A DNA stretch of 64,000 nucleotides. Origin: Lytechinus pictus. Its lineage: Eukaryota. Location: NCBI RefSeq assembly GCF_037042905.1, contig NC_087251.1, positions 2,854,001 to 2,918,000 of the forward strand. The letters run 5' to 3'. Below, piece by piece: positions 24,982 to 37,856 of this stretch (within the stretch, counting starts at the first letter, position 1; each line of letters begins with the position of its first letter). A program made the position numbers and the translations under genes. Under the pieces are notes generated by a model that did not search any database, was not told the DNA's origin, and saw only the letters and a list, made by a program, of their open reading frames with translations.

Positions 24982-27920
24982 GTAAGTATTTTTTTTAAAG
25001 TCATTTTTATATCTGTTGGCAAATCTTATCTAAAAAAGTTTGGTGAACAGACCTTTTTCCTCTGCAAGAAGACGTAAGGTGAAGGTTGGGATTTGGTAAG
25101 GTTGTACATTTATTTTATGTAGATTTTCTATCGGAACAGTTTGTTGCCAGAGCAAATATTGTATGAGCCATACTATGTGAGCAAAACAAATAGTCTTTGT
25201 CATTTTGTTCATTTCCCTTTGGCTCGAATCTAATGTAAAATTTTTGTTGAATTAAATTACTCTATAAAAAAAACAAGGACAAAAGTTGCAAACATGGATC
25301 AATGCGTTTCTAATACAAGTTAAAATATTCAGTAGAGTACATGCAAACAATTACAAGTGCAGTAAAATACTCAAAAACATATGATATAGAAGGAGGATGA
25401 GACTGGGGTAACAAAATGGAAAGAAATAACCCTCCTTTTGTAAATGAAAAATGAGATTCCCAAATCCACCCATGCAAAGATTTTATAGGCAAACAAATGT
25501 ACCTACAGAGCTACAAAATCTATCAAAATGAAACTTTTCATGGAAAACTTTTATCGGAAGATTTTAAGAGAACTTATCATTTGAAATGTAGCTGTTGTTT
25601 TAAAATGTAATTTTGTAGGGATGAATTGCATGCCAGCCTCACCCTTTCCTTCTCACTCCCTTACTCTGAAACTTCAGTCAGTTTTTATCATGAGCTTAAT
25701 CTTTAATTTTTTTCTTGTACTGCAGTCACATTTGCACCTCAAATATTGATCTATACAGGCTCTCATGTATTTTTTGTTAAACATTACTCTAAAGATAATG
25801 GTACATTCTCATAATATTTCTATTCTGTTTCCATGTTGCTCCTCCATTCCCTGCATTGCCATTCTTTGTATAATCCCCTTCCTCGATTTTAAAATCCCTT
25901 GTTAATGCTTTACTTTCCCTAATTACTTAAAATTTTTCCCACTCTACCCCATCTATTCACTTATCGACCCCTGTTTTTTTATTCCCCTTATTTCCTCATT
26001 CCCTTCATTTCTCTGTTTGCTTCATGTGCCTTTACATTTATTTATCCCTTATTATATTCCCCAACCCTCTCCCCTCCCTCTTATTACTTCTTCCACCCAT
26101 ACCTTTCATTCCATTCATGCACTATTTCCCTCTTCTCTATTTTTTTCTATTTGTATACTTCATCTCCCCATTTTTTTTCACTATTCTTTGTATTTATCTA
26201 TCCACCCCATCTATGTTATCCTTTATTTACATGTATCTCCTTGCTCTATTCCACCCATCACTTTCATCATCCTTCATCAACATTCCCTTCCTTCCTCCTT
26301 TCTTAAATATTTGCCTTGGTCATATACTGTATCACATGCAATATTTCTCCTAATATTCCACTACATTTTGATAATTATCATTGTTTGATTTATACCCTTT
26401 TGTTCATTCTCATCCTTTCCCTATTCTCTATCTCAATTTCCCCCTCTTTGATTTTTTATCTTCCAAATATCCCCCTCCTTGATTTCTTATAAAATGTATC
26501 CCTGTCACCCCATTCCTATATATTTTTTTTCTGTTCTTCATCCCCTGTCCATCCGTTTTGTCCCCTCCGTCTTGCACCACAGGGTCTGAGTGGTACTTCA
26601 AGAGAGTTATTGTCACGGTGAATGTTTCGTCATTGTCAGTCAGTCAGTCATTGCCTGAGCCTAGTTCAAACCAGTTAGTGCTTGCTTTATTTACCTCTTC
26701 ATGGCTTCATGTTATTATGTTATTATTTTGTGCCTGTTCTTAAGTTAAGTAGTAAAAAGATATAATTGTGAAAAAGAAGAAAAATTGGATGGTGAATGAT
26801 TGAAGAAAAAATGGGACAGGGTAAAGTTTGGATGTTTGATGTCCTAGATCACTTATTTTCAACATTTAAAGCAACCTCAGTTTTCCTTACAAAGGTTATG
26901 CGCATTAGAAGCGAAGGTCCACATTAAAATGTTTTACCAATATTTTGCTATGATATGATGGTATCACTTTTTGAAAATTTATTTTCAGTTTAATAATTCT
27001 TTAACCACGGTTTTTCATTTCAATTTTCATTTCATTTTCAATGATATAAACAATGACAACAAGAAAATATCAGAGAGAAATAATTTCAAAAGAAAAAAAA
27101 AAATTACCGAACGATACAAATGGATGTTAATAAGTGGAATACATTGTTCACTATTCTTGGAGATCATTATGGGAATTTAAAAAAAAATATTACTTTTGGC
27201 ACCCCCAGTGGGTCTACTATTTGTTGGGTCAAAACTTTTGTACTGTAGTTGCCTTTCTCTTCTGAAAGGGAGCCAACTATCTAGGTACCGTACATGTAAT
27301 TGCACACTCCTGCACCATTTCGATGAATATGTGACATCATTCTCCAGTTCACACAATTAAGTGAATCATTTTCATGTAACTGCGTGAGAAGCAAGATTTT
27401 GTACACATGCTCGTCAAGTGACCTTTGGCCCATTTTGTCCTAGATTTATATGCTGAAAACCTTTCAGTTATTTCCTGCCTGTTCTAAAAGCAGCTCTGAA
27501 TTAGTGCAAATTAACTCTGATCTGACCCTTTCAGCAATTCAAAATTTGTAATGATATACATGTAAGACTTGTAAATACTTATATTCAGCTATTAAAATGT
27601 ATGAATAAACTAATTTTCACAAAGTTTGGATCCTGACTATGTCATATAGTGGTGAATTTCATACCATATATTGTAAATGTTAAATTAGATGTACAATATT
27701 AGGTACATGTACAAGTGCTGATGTGTGCTCATGATAGATGTATATTTTATTTATCTCACATGAATGAATAAAATTTGTTTGAAATATGTTGTCTTTACAT
27801 GTACATTTCCAAAAATTAGTGCAGACTTTGATGATTTTGAAATTACAGTACATGTATTATATTGATTTAAACAGTTTTTACCTGAATCTCCCATCCTCTT
27901 TCCTTATTTCTCTTATCCAG

Positions 27921-27962
27921 GGAATGACTCAGCAAGTAACAATGGGAGGCACAGTGGTATGA
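27921..27962 (+). CDS. WDR20: WDR20 terminal exon
   Basis: ttatccAG|GMTQQVTMGGTVV*. The GTVV ending resembles WDR20/DMWD-family C-termini. Phase 0 fits exon 3. Confidence 0.85.
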   Translation, partial: GMTQQVTMGGTVV

Positions 27963-30900
27963 AATTAGCACCTTGGTTCAAAGCTTTGTCAGACCTGCAT
28001 CCACTGCTCTTATTCTTCTATTACTGTACTACTTATGTGTAAGGCAATATCTGTGATCATGTACATTTAAATTAATGTGTGTTCATCCTGGGCGAATAAT
28101 CTATTATTCACTTGCTGTCCTTATTGCCACTGCAGATTGTTGAACAAATATATTAAAGTCATATTTGACTTTGACCTATGCTATTTCATCGAGTGAAAAA
28201 GTCCCCCTTAATTGTTTTTAATTTTATAATAAGAATGATAACCCATAAAATGAGTTGCTAAATGTTGTCATAGCATGTGTTTGTGTTTTCTATCAGGTAA
28301 AAATCAGGCTTTTCTTATCCTAATATGATTTGTATCCTATGTAATTATTGCTGATTTTAAGCACAAGCAGGTGTATTCACAATTGGCATTTCTCAGAAAG
28401 GGACGGTTTGTCGGTAATCATAAATGGATAATCAATTCTAAACTTGTCATTATAAATGCATTTTTGATTTGATCAATATTGCAACACAAAGACAAAATCT
28501 CATTAAAAAACATGAGCATGAACTTGACCTCTACTCCTAACATAAACAACAACAATTGAAAGTATTTACCTAGTATCTGAAATGAGCTATGATTATGAAA
28601 TAAGATTCTAGTATTTTTAGTTGTAAATATGTGGAACATGGAATGCAGGAGACCGCCATCATTTAGCATGAGCCTGAAACAACAAAGTATCAACAGTACT
28701 ACATGGAATGGAACTGCGCTTATGCAAGCACACACTACATGCTTATACATCCTTCTAGCTGAGGCAGGTTACCAATAGGCAAAGTCATGTCTTCCCTGTA
28801 GAAATCATGCAGGCTTCTTTCATTTCTAATCCTCCCAATCATTATTAATAGTCAGTACAATGTGGAAAGCTACAGTGAAAGGCTTTAAAATTCTAAGACA
28901 CTATTTGTTTCCCTGCTTGTTTTGTTTTATGAATATGAGGATGAACAGATATATATGCTTGCTAGATTTCTTCACAAAAAATTGTGGCTTTGACTTTTGA
29001 TGCGTAATAGCCATCCCTAGTGAGTTCTACAGATAAATCAAATCTCAGAAAAATTTGTATGTTTTGCAAAAACATGGTATGGCTGCATTGTCAACATTAA
29101 AGAAGATAAATAACTTTATCTGTGGGTGATTATTATGATTTTATTGGTTCTTATGTAATGAAACTTAAACATAAAAGTTGCCAAATATCATGTGTAATGT
29201 GAAAAGATTTTAGGCCTTAACTTTAAAGATATCATTATAGGTCAACTATTACTGTTGTAAATATCCAATCAATGAGTAAAATTTTCCCATTATATTTTAG
29301 ATATGGGATTTCTCGAATTTAAGAACTTCCTGATTCATGATTTTTTTTACATTTATTGTAAGAAGTTAAAAAATACAAAATTTACCAGTAATTTCCAAAG
29401 GTTTTTTTCTTTTTCTATGAAGCTTGTACATGTACATAAGGATTTACTAATATTATATATCATGTCCCAGAATTTCAAGTCAATTTTGAAATAGAGACAA
29501 TGCGATGGATCTTTTACCCCAATTTTCATAGTATTTGTAAAACATAGTTAAATTTAATTTTAGCTCTTGCATAAAGAGTTTCAAATACTGAAGAATCTTG
29601 AGATATTTTTGTATTAGAAAATTAATGGGATGGATGTTTTCTCCGTCTTAATGAGGTTATTTCTTGGTATCTTCAAGCTCATATTACCATTCTATCATGA
29701 GTATGAGTATTGGTCTATCTCTTGGGTACGTCATTTCCCATGCTATCCAATTATGGAAAAATTCAAAGTCTATAAGAAAAAGGTAAATGACCTTGGCTAT
29801 AATGGTTCACATGGACTAAAGTATTTGTGAAAAGTATGGTGAAAATGACATTGACTTCATTTGAACTGCAGAACATCCTTAAAATGATAATTCAAACTCA
29901 CTTATTTATTGAACATTCCATTAAGGTGTCAAGAATGTTCGAACACAGCATATGGATATAACAACTTTTTTGTCTGTATCACAAAAGTGTGATAGGTTTG
30001 TAACTTTTACAAAAGAACTTTTTAAAGAAGTGATTATTTTCATTTATTATCATAGGCGCCACTTTTGAACTAACTTGGTTGTATCAGAAAGGGGGGTGAT
30101 GGTAATGTCATAAGGTCATTAAGAGGTTGCATCTTGTCAATAATTCATAGATCCTTTGGATAAATCAGAACTAACCTGAAAAGGACTTGGAGGGGGGGGG
30201 GGCAAGATAGTCCCTCTTGATATTTTACCAGAATGCACAAGGTTACAGTCAGCAAATATAACTTTTTTTTCTATATTGAGGTCTCCTGCAATTTTAAGAC
30301 CAAATTTGTGACATAATGGGTATAGCTTTGCATTACCTTGTGACTAAGGCAAATATATATGCAGAAAATGGCAGGGGGGATGTACAAAATCACTGGAAGA
30401 TGATATTGTTGATAATGTGATTTTCATTCTAATTTGTCTGCTTGATTTATTAAGGATTAAATATACTTTTTGAATATGTGTAATGATTTCCACTGGAAAA
30501 GCAATGAAAAACAAAAGATAGAAAACTACAAAATCAGGAAAAACTATAAATACACAGAAATGTTAAAGATGATTTTGGTATAGCCACATTTTTTGTTGGA
30601 AAATCTTTCTATAAGATGTGAAAAATGATATTTTAAAAAAAATTTAAGTGAGGTGTGCATGCCAAATTTTGGCATGGATGCATGGATAGCAGAATAGATA
30701 TATGGATCAGAAAAGCCCCCCCCCCCTCCCCACCATCCTTATATCTAATCTAGCCAATTAATTTTAGGGTTAAAATTTGGTTCATTCATGCATTTTAAAA
30801 GGTTGTTGACAAGTATAGTTCAGTTTAAAGTTTCAAATCTATGAATTCAAATACATAATTTTCATACAATAAAATCAAATTGAAATAGTATGTAATGTCA

Positions 30901-33534
30901 TTTACATATCACTTGTATTATACATATCAAACCATTTTGTGAATTAAGCAACAATTGTCATAACTCTATCATTTTACAACATGGTCATCACACCCTTTGC
31001 TACTTGTATCCCTTTTTTATATGTCCAGCAGCATTACAGTGTCTTTGTTCTGTATATTTTTTCATGAGCCAATTATAATTTTGTGCTCCTTTTGGGCAGG
31101 GATTGGGTCTACATTACACAAGCAATGCTTTTAGTAGACCCTCCATTTTCGCCCAGGTATCTAAACTTGTGTTTTTCAATGTATTGTACGTATTTACCAA
31201 GGGTTGTTTACAATGTATGTATACATGTATCTGTAATTCAAGTATGTATTATGCCTTTTCTGTTTTCTGTTGGAAATGTTTGAATATACATTTGAATTTG
31301 AATAAATTTCATTGATAAATGATTTCAAATTGAAAAAGGGTGGTGATTTTAAATTTTGGTCATAACAATGTTTAAAAAAAATTGGTGTGAGGGAGTGCAT
31401 TGTGGTGAAACATGAACCAAATGCAGAATATGTTGACCCTTGTTACTTAAAAGTTTTTTTTATTTTTATTGAAACACATACCTTCACATTTTTTCATTGA
31501 AAAGTTTCACTATTATAGAATTACTCTTTTTGTTGTGTTGAGATATAATGGAATCATTTGGCATAGTTCATTTGCTACATGTAATGTATATTTTTTTAAT
31601 ATTCTTTTTTGTTCTTTTCATTGCTTTACTTGTTGATCCAAAAGTGTGAATATTGCCATTACAAATAATGTAAGTCTCTTTTTTTATGCTTTGTTGCTGG
31701 GTCGTCTGTCCATTCATCCCGTTCTCATGAACAGTTATAACAGTTTGATGGATCAAATTCAAACTTACTGTAGTGTGAATCAGGTCCTTAGAGTCATGAG
31801 TTTAAGATTAAGGACACAGAGGTCATTGTATTTATGAAAGTGACTGCTAATTCTTGCAATGAATGAAGATCCCTTCAACTTAAATATTACTCAATCAATT
31901 ATATGGCAGTGACAATCATCTCTTCAGATATTGGGTTATGAAGTTCAAATGTCATTATATACAGTAAATGAAAATAGCTTGCTCTCACGATAGACAAGAA
32001 AACTGTAGGATGGAATCATTTCAAAGTTGGCTCATGTTTGTTGGCCTTTTCAAGTGAATTGATCCGATAGTTTTTTTTTTTTTTTTTTTTGGGGGGGTGG
32101 TCACCGAGTCAAAGGTTCTGTGTGTTATGGCTTGTCAAATTTAATTATATATCCGATAGATAGATCAGAGTTTAACCTTTTTTTTCTCGAAATCATATGG
32201 GAGTGATTTAATTAAAGATTATCAAAGTTTTTGAAAATTTTAGAAGTGTGCAATATATATTCCTGATTTGGTAATGGCAGAGGCGTAATTTGCAGTCTGA
32301 GAATCCAAGTTTATTTCATGAAAGACTTGTAGTCATTTTTAATATATGTTATTCATTAAGACCTTCCAGAGAAGAGTATATGGACCAATATGCAATCTCA
32401 TTGACTATAATTATTGATTGTTTATGGTAAGATTTAGAAATTGTTGTGATGACGTACCAAGAAGAAGAATGTTTATTTGGTTTATCTTTATATGATCTAA
32501 ATTTGTTGAAGTTCCATAAGACAATGATGTAGATACTGTAAGTAGTTTTAAATATGATTTTATGAATTGGCATTTCCTCATGTCTGAGATTAAATTATAT
32601 TAATTCTGTCTTTCACATCATTAGGGCCATACCCAACAAACTTAATTATCTAACAAGTTTATTTCAATCCTACAGCATTAAATCATAATTAATATTTGAT
32701 TTTAAGTCAAATTAAAACACAATCTGAACTGGTCAACCAAAAAATATTTGTTGCAAAAGACTGGAATCCAAGATGGCATTTAACATGCCCCCCTCCCATT
32801 TTAGGTTCATTCAATGTAAACAAGTTATTAAAAAAAAATAGAATTGAAAATACTGAAATCTAGATTATGGAGCAAAATTTTTTTTTTAATAACCCCCCCT
32901 CAAAAAAATAATGGAATCATTAAATCAGATGAATTATGATGAATAAATCATCAGAAGTGGAATTGACTTGTTCTTCTAGAAAACTTGATTAATATGCACT
33001 GTACTTAACATTTTGGAAAATGTCATAACGCAAGAACACAATTTAAATTACAAGGTCCCACACTTTTTAATGCATGTGTGAAGTCCAATAACTGCAAAGC
33101 ATTATCCACCAGTGTGCATGCTGTGATATGTGATTGCAGTAAAAATGAAAAAAAAAATGCTTAACATGGTTTTTCAAATGAAGAAAAAATGCAATTAGAT
33201 GACCATTAAATCAACTTATATGTACTAATCCATGGCTAAGTTAAGGCTTCGTATGAGCAATATTGCTCTTTATGCTAATATGTTCTTGAATGAACATGTT
33301 TTTCATTATTTTACTTTTATCTGTAAAGCATATAGGTATCAGGCAAGCATCTTTTGTGTAAATGACACTATATGTAAAATGTTTTTAAAGATTTTAGTTC
33401 AACATATCTATTTTAAGCATTTCTATAGTACATAGATTATGTTCAAAATCTATTCTGACTACATTATATAATGTCTTTTAGAAAAAATTGTGTAGCATCA
33501 CAAGACATTTAGCTTTCTATCACCTTTCCGGTAT

Positions 33535-34205
33535 CCCGGGGGGGCCACTTACATTGACGAGTGGATACCATGTGCGACCAAAAAAACACGTAAAAAGGAT
33601 GTCTTTTTCAAGATAGGGCACGTTACGTACGTAACGTGATAAGGGTGTCAAAAACACAAAAATATTGAAAAAAGGGTATCTATTTCGCTCGGAAAAATAT
33701 ATGTGTTTAGGGTCAAATATGCGGGGATGATAAAAAAAAATCAAAATGTTTTATAAAGGATGTCCTTTTTGCCCCAACACTGCGTGTTTAGAGTCCGATT
33801 TGCGCGAGGTGTGGAAGGTGGGGCCGTACTAAACCAAAATAATGGTGTCTAAAGGTAAAACCGACGACCGATGGACGCGTGACATAACAATAAAATATCT
33901 CTGTACTTGTTTAGGGGTTCATTTCAGGGAATACTTGCTAAGAGTGTCGTTGTGTTTCCAATACTTGTTAAGGGGTGCATTTTCAGAATATGGAAAATAC
34001 ATCGCTGTACTTGTTTAGGGGCTCAGTTCTGGGAATACTTTCCAATAGTATTTGTTTCCAATACTTGTTAAGGGTAGGGTTATACACGCCAATACTTGTT
34101 CAGGGGTGCATTTTTAGAATATGGAAAATACGTGTTAAGGGTGCTTTTCAAGACCCCGTGGTCGCGCATGGTATCCACTCGTCAATGGAAGTGGCCCCCC
34201 CCGGG
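33535..34205. mobile_element. MITE with CCCGGG(G)n termini and 8-bp TSD (TCCGGTAT)
   Basis: TIR CCCGGGGGGGCCACTTACATTGACGAGTGGATACCATG is mirrored at the right end. TCCGGTAT flanks both sides (33527-33534, 34206-34213). Confidence 0.9.
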
Positions 34206-34795
34206 TCCGGTATCCATTGTTTCATATATTTCATTGGTATTGTAGGGACTGGTTTTGGTAGTAGGCCACTTTGTATTCTTGAAATAACCCAAAACATTGG
34301 AAAAGGGTTCAAGAAAATATTGCATTTCTATATTTGTAGCCATACAGTATAATTAACATTTGATGCAACTATTTTCTATATGTATTTAAAAAAAAAGAAA
34401 GGTCTATTAAATTATGCATGATATATTCTATATATCTTGTGTCTGTCTTATGCTCTGATCAATGCCTTTATAGGTGATAGTCAAGTGATATAGATTACAT
34501 TACTTTAGGATAAATTTCTTATCATTTATTTATTATCCTATTTTGATCAAATTTTTCATTGTCTCTTTGTTGAATGTTTTCAATAATCGTGCATAATAAA
34601 AAAAATGATTTTGAAATCTATGAATACATTCATACTGTAAATATTTACAGGCATATATATGTATGTACATGTACTGTATGTATATACATATATATATATT
34701 ATAATACCAAAATATTAATAAAGATTACTGAACAAGGATCAATAATGTATACATTCATTTCTTTTCTGTGTTTTCGAAAATTAGTTTAAAATTAA

Positions 34796-35352
34796 AGGTC
34801 AAGCACACCCCAGATATTATGAATAAATATAGAAAAATCAAACTAGCATAATGCTGAAAAAAAAAAATCAAATGTAATATAAGAAAGTTATGACATTTAA
34901 AATTTCTGCTTATTTTTAACAAAACAGTGACATGCAAATGAGACAGTCAATGTCCTTCACTCACTATTTCTTTGTTTTTTATTGTTTGAATTACACAATA
35001 TTTCGTTTTTTCACTGATTTGACAATAAGGACCAACTTGACTGAACTATAATAGTATTAAACAATGCTAATTCCACATGTTCAGGGAGGAATTAATCATT
35101 GTTTCACTTGACAATGAGGAGAAAATTCGATTAAAATACAAAAGAAACAGTGAATGGATGATGTCATCTGTCTCCTCATTTGCATACTGACCAGGATGTG
35201 CATAATGAGAACTGTTTATATGAAATTAAGCAATAATTTAAAATGTCAACTTTTTTATTTTACATCCGATTTTGATGAAATTTTCAGTTGTGCTTGTTGG
35301 ATTTTTCTTTTTTTTAATTTAAATCAACTTATTGTTGGGGTGGACTTGTCCT
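34796..35352. mobile_element. Kolobok-like non-autonomous element (TTAA TSD)
   Basis: TTAA|AGGTCAAGCACACCCCA...TGGGGTGGACTTGTCCT|TTAA. Confidence 0.7.
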
Positions 35353-35802
35353 TTAAATGAAACTAGAGTTTTTAAAGATACATGTATTTTAACATAAAAA
35401 AATAAAAATATTCCTTAAACAGAAAGAGACCCCAAAAGAGAATATCGTACATGAATATTTTTACTAGTTCATGTAGGTAAAACTACCTTGAGAAAAAAAA
35501 TACATAAAAACATTTGTGGGTGAGGGTAAATTTACAAAGGAGATTTTGATATCTGCTAAAGACAAAGGTAGAAGGGAACAAATTATGTACAAAAGGGTGG
35601 AGAGAGGAGATGACAAAGAATAAAATAAAAAAAAGCCCCATGTAGGGGGCATTGCAAGAAAGAAAAAGTGAAAAAATAATTGAAAAGAGAAAATAAAGTG
35701 GGCGAATAAATGGAGAAGTAGAGAGCGGCCAGCCTGGAAGGGGTAGTCTACGGTGCTAAGAAAAAAAATTACTTAATGGGTCATGATATCATACTATATA
35801 TA

Positions 35803-37588
35803 CACTCCCCTCCAAAAGTTTGGGAACACCTGCCTTCAGTGTGTGTTTTTCGAACTTTGGTAAACTTTACTGAGGTTAAGCCTCATAGTACAGCTGTATT
35901 TTTATTTTAAAGTGAAGGCTACACACCAGTGTACATTTTATCATTGATTCAAACAAATTCAAAGCTCTTAAGGGACGTGCAGCTGCCAAAGAGGGCAGGC
36001 TACCAGTCAAGATGGCATTCTCTAAAAAATACTTATTTCTTTTAACATTGTTCTGTTTGGGGTTCTTTTCTGAAATTCTTCCCATTATTTTGTGAATGTT
36101 TCAGCAGATGTCCTCAGAATTTGTTACTCAGTATTGTTCATAAGACAGTTAATTTATGGAAATCTGCATCTTTATCCTGGAAAACATCTGAACTTGACAA
36201 ATGCCTAATCCTTCTTTAAAGAAAATACATGGAAGTGGAGTAGACATCAGTGCAATTTGAAATTCATGAATTCAAAAGTTATTCAAAGTTTTTTACACTT
36301 ATTCCAGTGCACCTTCACTCATTTTGCCTATTCAGTTTTCTTAGTCAGAAGTCAGTCACAAAATTAAAATGGCTAAGACAAGACAGCTTTGTTTGGAAAC
36401 ACGTCAGTCAATTGTAGTTTTGAGGAAAGAAGGCTACTCCGTGCAAGAAATAGCCATGAAACTCAAGATCAGTATCCATGCGGCTCACTACAGCCTGAAA
36501 CGCAAAGAGGCCACTGGGTCTAATGGGAACAGGAGACGAAGTGGTAGGCCAAAAACAACATCTCCTGCTGAAGATAAATACATTCGGGTGAGCAGTCTGC
36601 GCAACCGTTGTCTGACTTGCCCACAAATTACAGCTGACCTCAACAACACCCGTGAGATGCCTGTATGTTCTTCAACTGTTAGAAGACGTCTCTGTGGAGC
36701 AGGGCTGATGGGCTGTGTAACTTCAAGGAAACCACTCCTCAAAGAAAAGAACCGGAAGAAAAGGCTTGCTTGGGCTAGGAAGCATAAAGACTGGTCTTTG
36801 GAGCAGTGGCAGAAGGTTCTTTGGTCTGATGAATCAAAGTTCGAGGTGTTTGGCAGCAAGCAACGTACCTATGTGAGACGGCGAAAGAGAGAAAAGATGC
36901 TACCCCGGTGCATCAAGCCAACTGTGAAACATGGTGGTGGTAATGTCATGGTTTGGGGTTGCTTTGGTGCAGGAAAGGTAGGCAGCTTGCACAGAGTAGA
37001 GGGTATCCTCAACCAGCATGGCTATCATTCAATCCTACAGTGGAAGGCCATCCCTTCAGGGAAACGCCTGATCAGAGAAGGATTTGTTTTCCAGCAGGAC
37101 AATGACCCAAAACACATGTCAAGACTATGCAAAGACTACTTGAAGAAAAAGGAAGAGAAGCAAGTCCTGGAAATCATGGATTGGCCACCCCAGTCCCCAG
37201 ATCTCAATCCCATCGAGTATTCCATCAAATTTTCCATATCAGTGAAACACTGAGTATTGTTTAATTTTATTTGTGTGTCTGACTTCTGACTAGGAAAAGG
37301 AAAAATGAATGAAGTTGCACATGTTTTAGTGTAAAAGCTCTGAATAACTACAATAACTGCATGTAATAAAAGAAGTTAGCATTTTGAGAGAATGCCATCT
37401 TGACTGGTAGCCAGCCATTTAAGAGAGTATAAATTTGTTTGAATCAATACCAAAATTTACACTGCTGTATAATCTTCACTTTAAAACAAAAATTCAACTA
37501 TGCTATGAGCCTCAATATCAATAAAGTCTACCAAGTATATAAAAGCACATACTGAATGCAGGTGTTCCCAAACTTTTGGAGGGGAGTG
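35803..37588 (+). mobile_element. Tc1/mariner element, DD38E (Intruder-type), internally deleted
   Basis: TA TSD, perfect 31-bp terminal IR CACTCCCCTCCAAAAGTTTGGGAACACCTGC, longer imperfect IRs and a transposase ORF. Confidence 0.93.
36369..37253 (+). CDS. Tc1-family transposase (DD38E), truncated after the catalytic Glu
   Basis: HTH N-terminus with the GRPK motif, WSDESKF, KHGGGNVMVWGCF, QQDNDPKH and WPPQSPDLNPIE. 38 residues lie between the second D and E. The normal C-terminal helices are absent. Confidence 0.9.
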   Translation: MAKTRQLCLETRQSIVVLRKEGYSVQEIAMKLKISIHAAHYSLKRKEATGSNGNRRRSGRPKTTSPAEDKYIRVSSLRNRCLTCPQITADLNNTREMPVCSSTVRRRLCGAGLMGCVTSRKPLLKEKNRKKRLAWARKHKDWSLEQWQKVLWSDESKFEVFGSKQRTYVRRRKREKMLPRCIKPTVKHGGGNVMVWGCFGAGKVGSLHRVEGILNQHGYHSILQWKAIPSGKRLIREGFVFQQDNDPKHMSRLCKDYLKKKEEKQVLEIMDWPPQSPDLNPIEYSIKFSISVKH

Positions 37589-37856
37589 TACATTAAATAT
37601 TTTCAACTAATTGCTCGGTAGAAGCAATTTCAATTTGCGTTTATAAACAGAGACACTGGCAGAACAAGTTAAATCAATAGCGAATTCCAAAATTTGGGGA
37701 AAATATATGCAAGTGTATTCAGAGCAAAAGCGGTTCTTACAAGTGGTATATGAAGTGCAGATGCCTGCTTTAATTGTAACTGAACTTACATTAGCCCTAA
37801 TGCATATTCGGGAGTGAACCACTTCATGACACGTCATGAGTAAGCCTAACTGTAAA

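Noticed and set aside
26017..26388. Hydrophobic 123/109-aa ORFs
   Set aside because: Artefacts of the pyrimidine-rich low-complexity intron tract.
36408..36859. Antisense ORFs (72 and 123 aa) within the transposase
   Set aside because: Shadow frames of the coding strand with no independent support.
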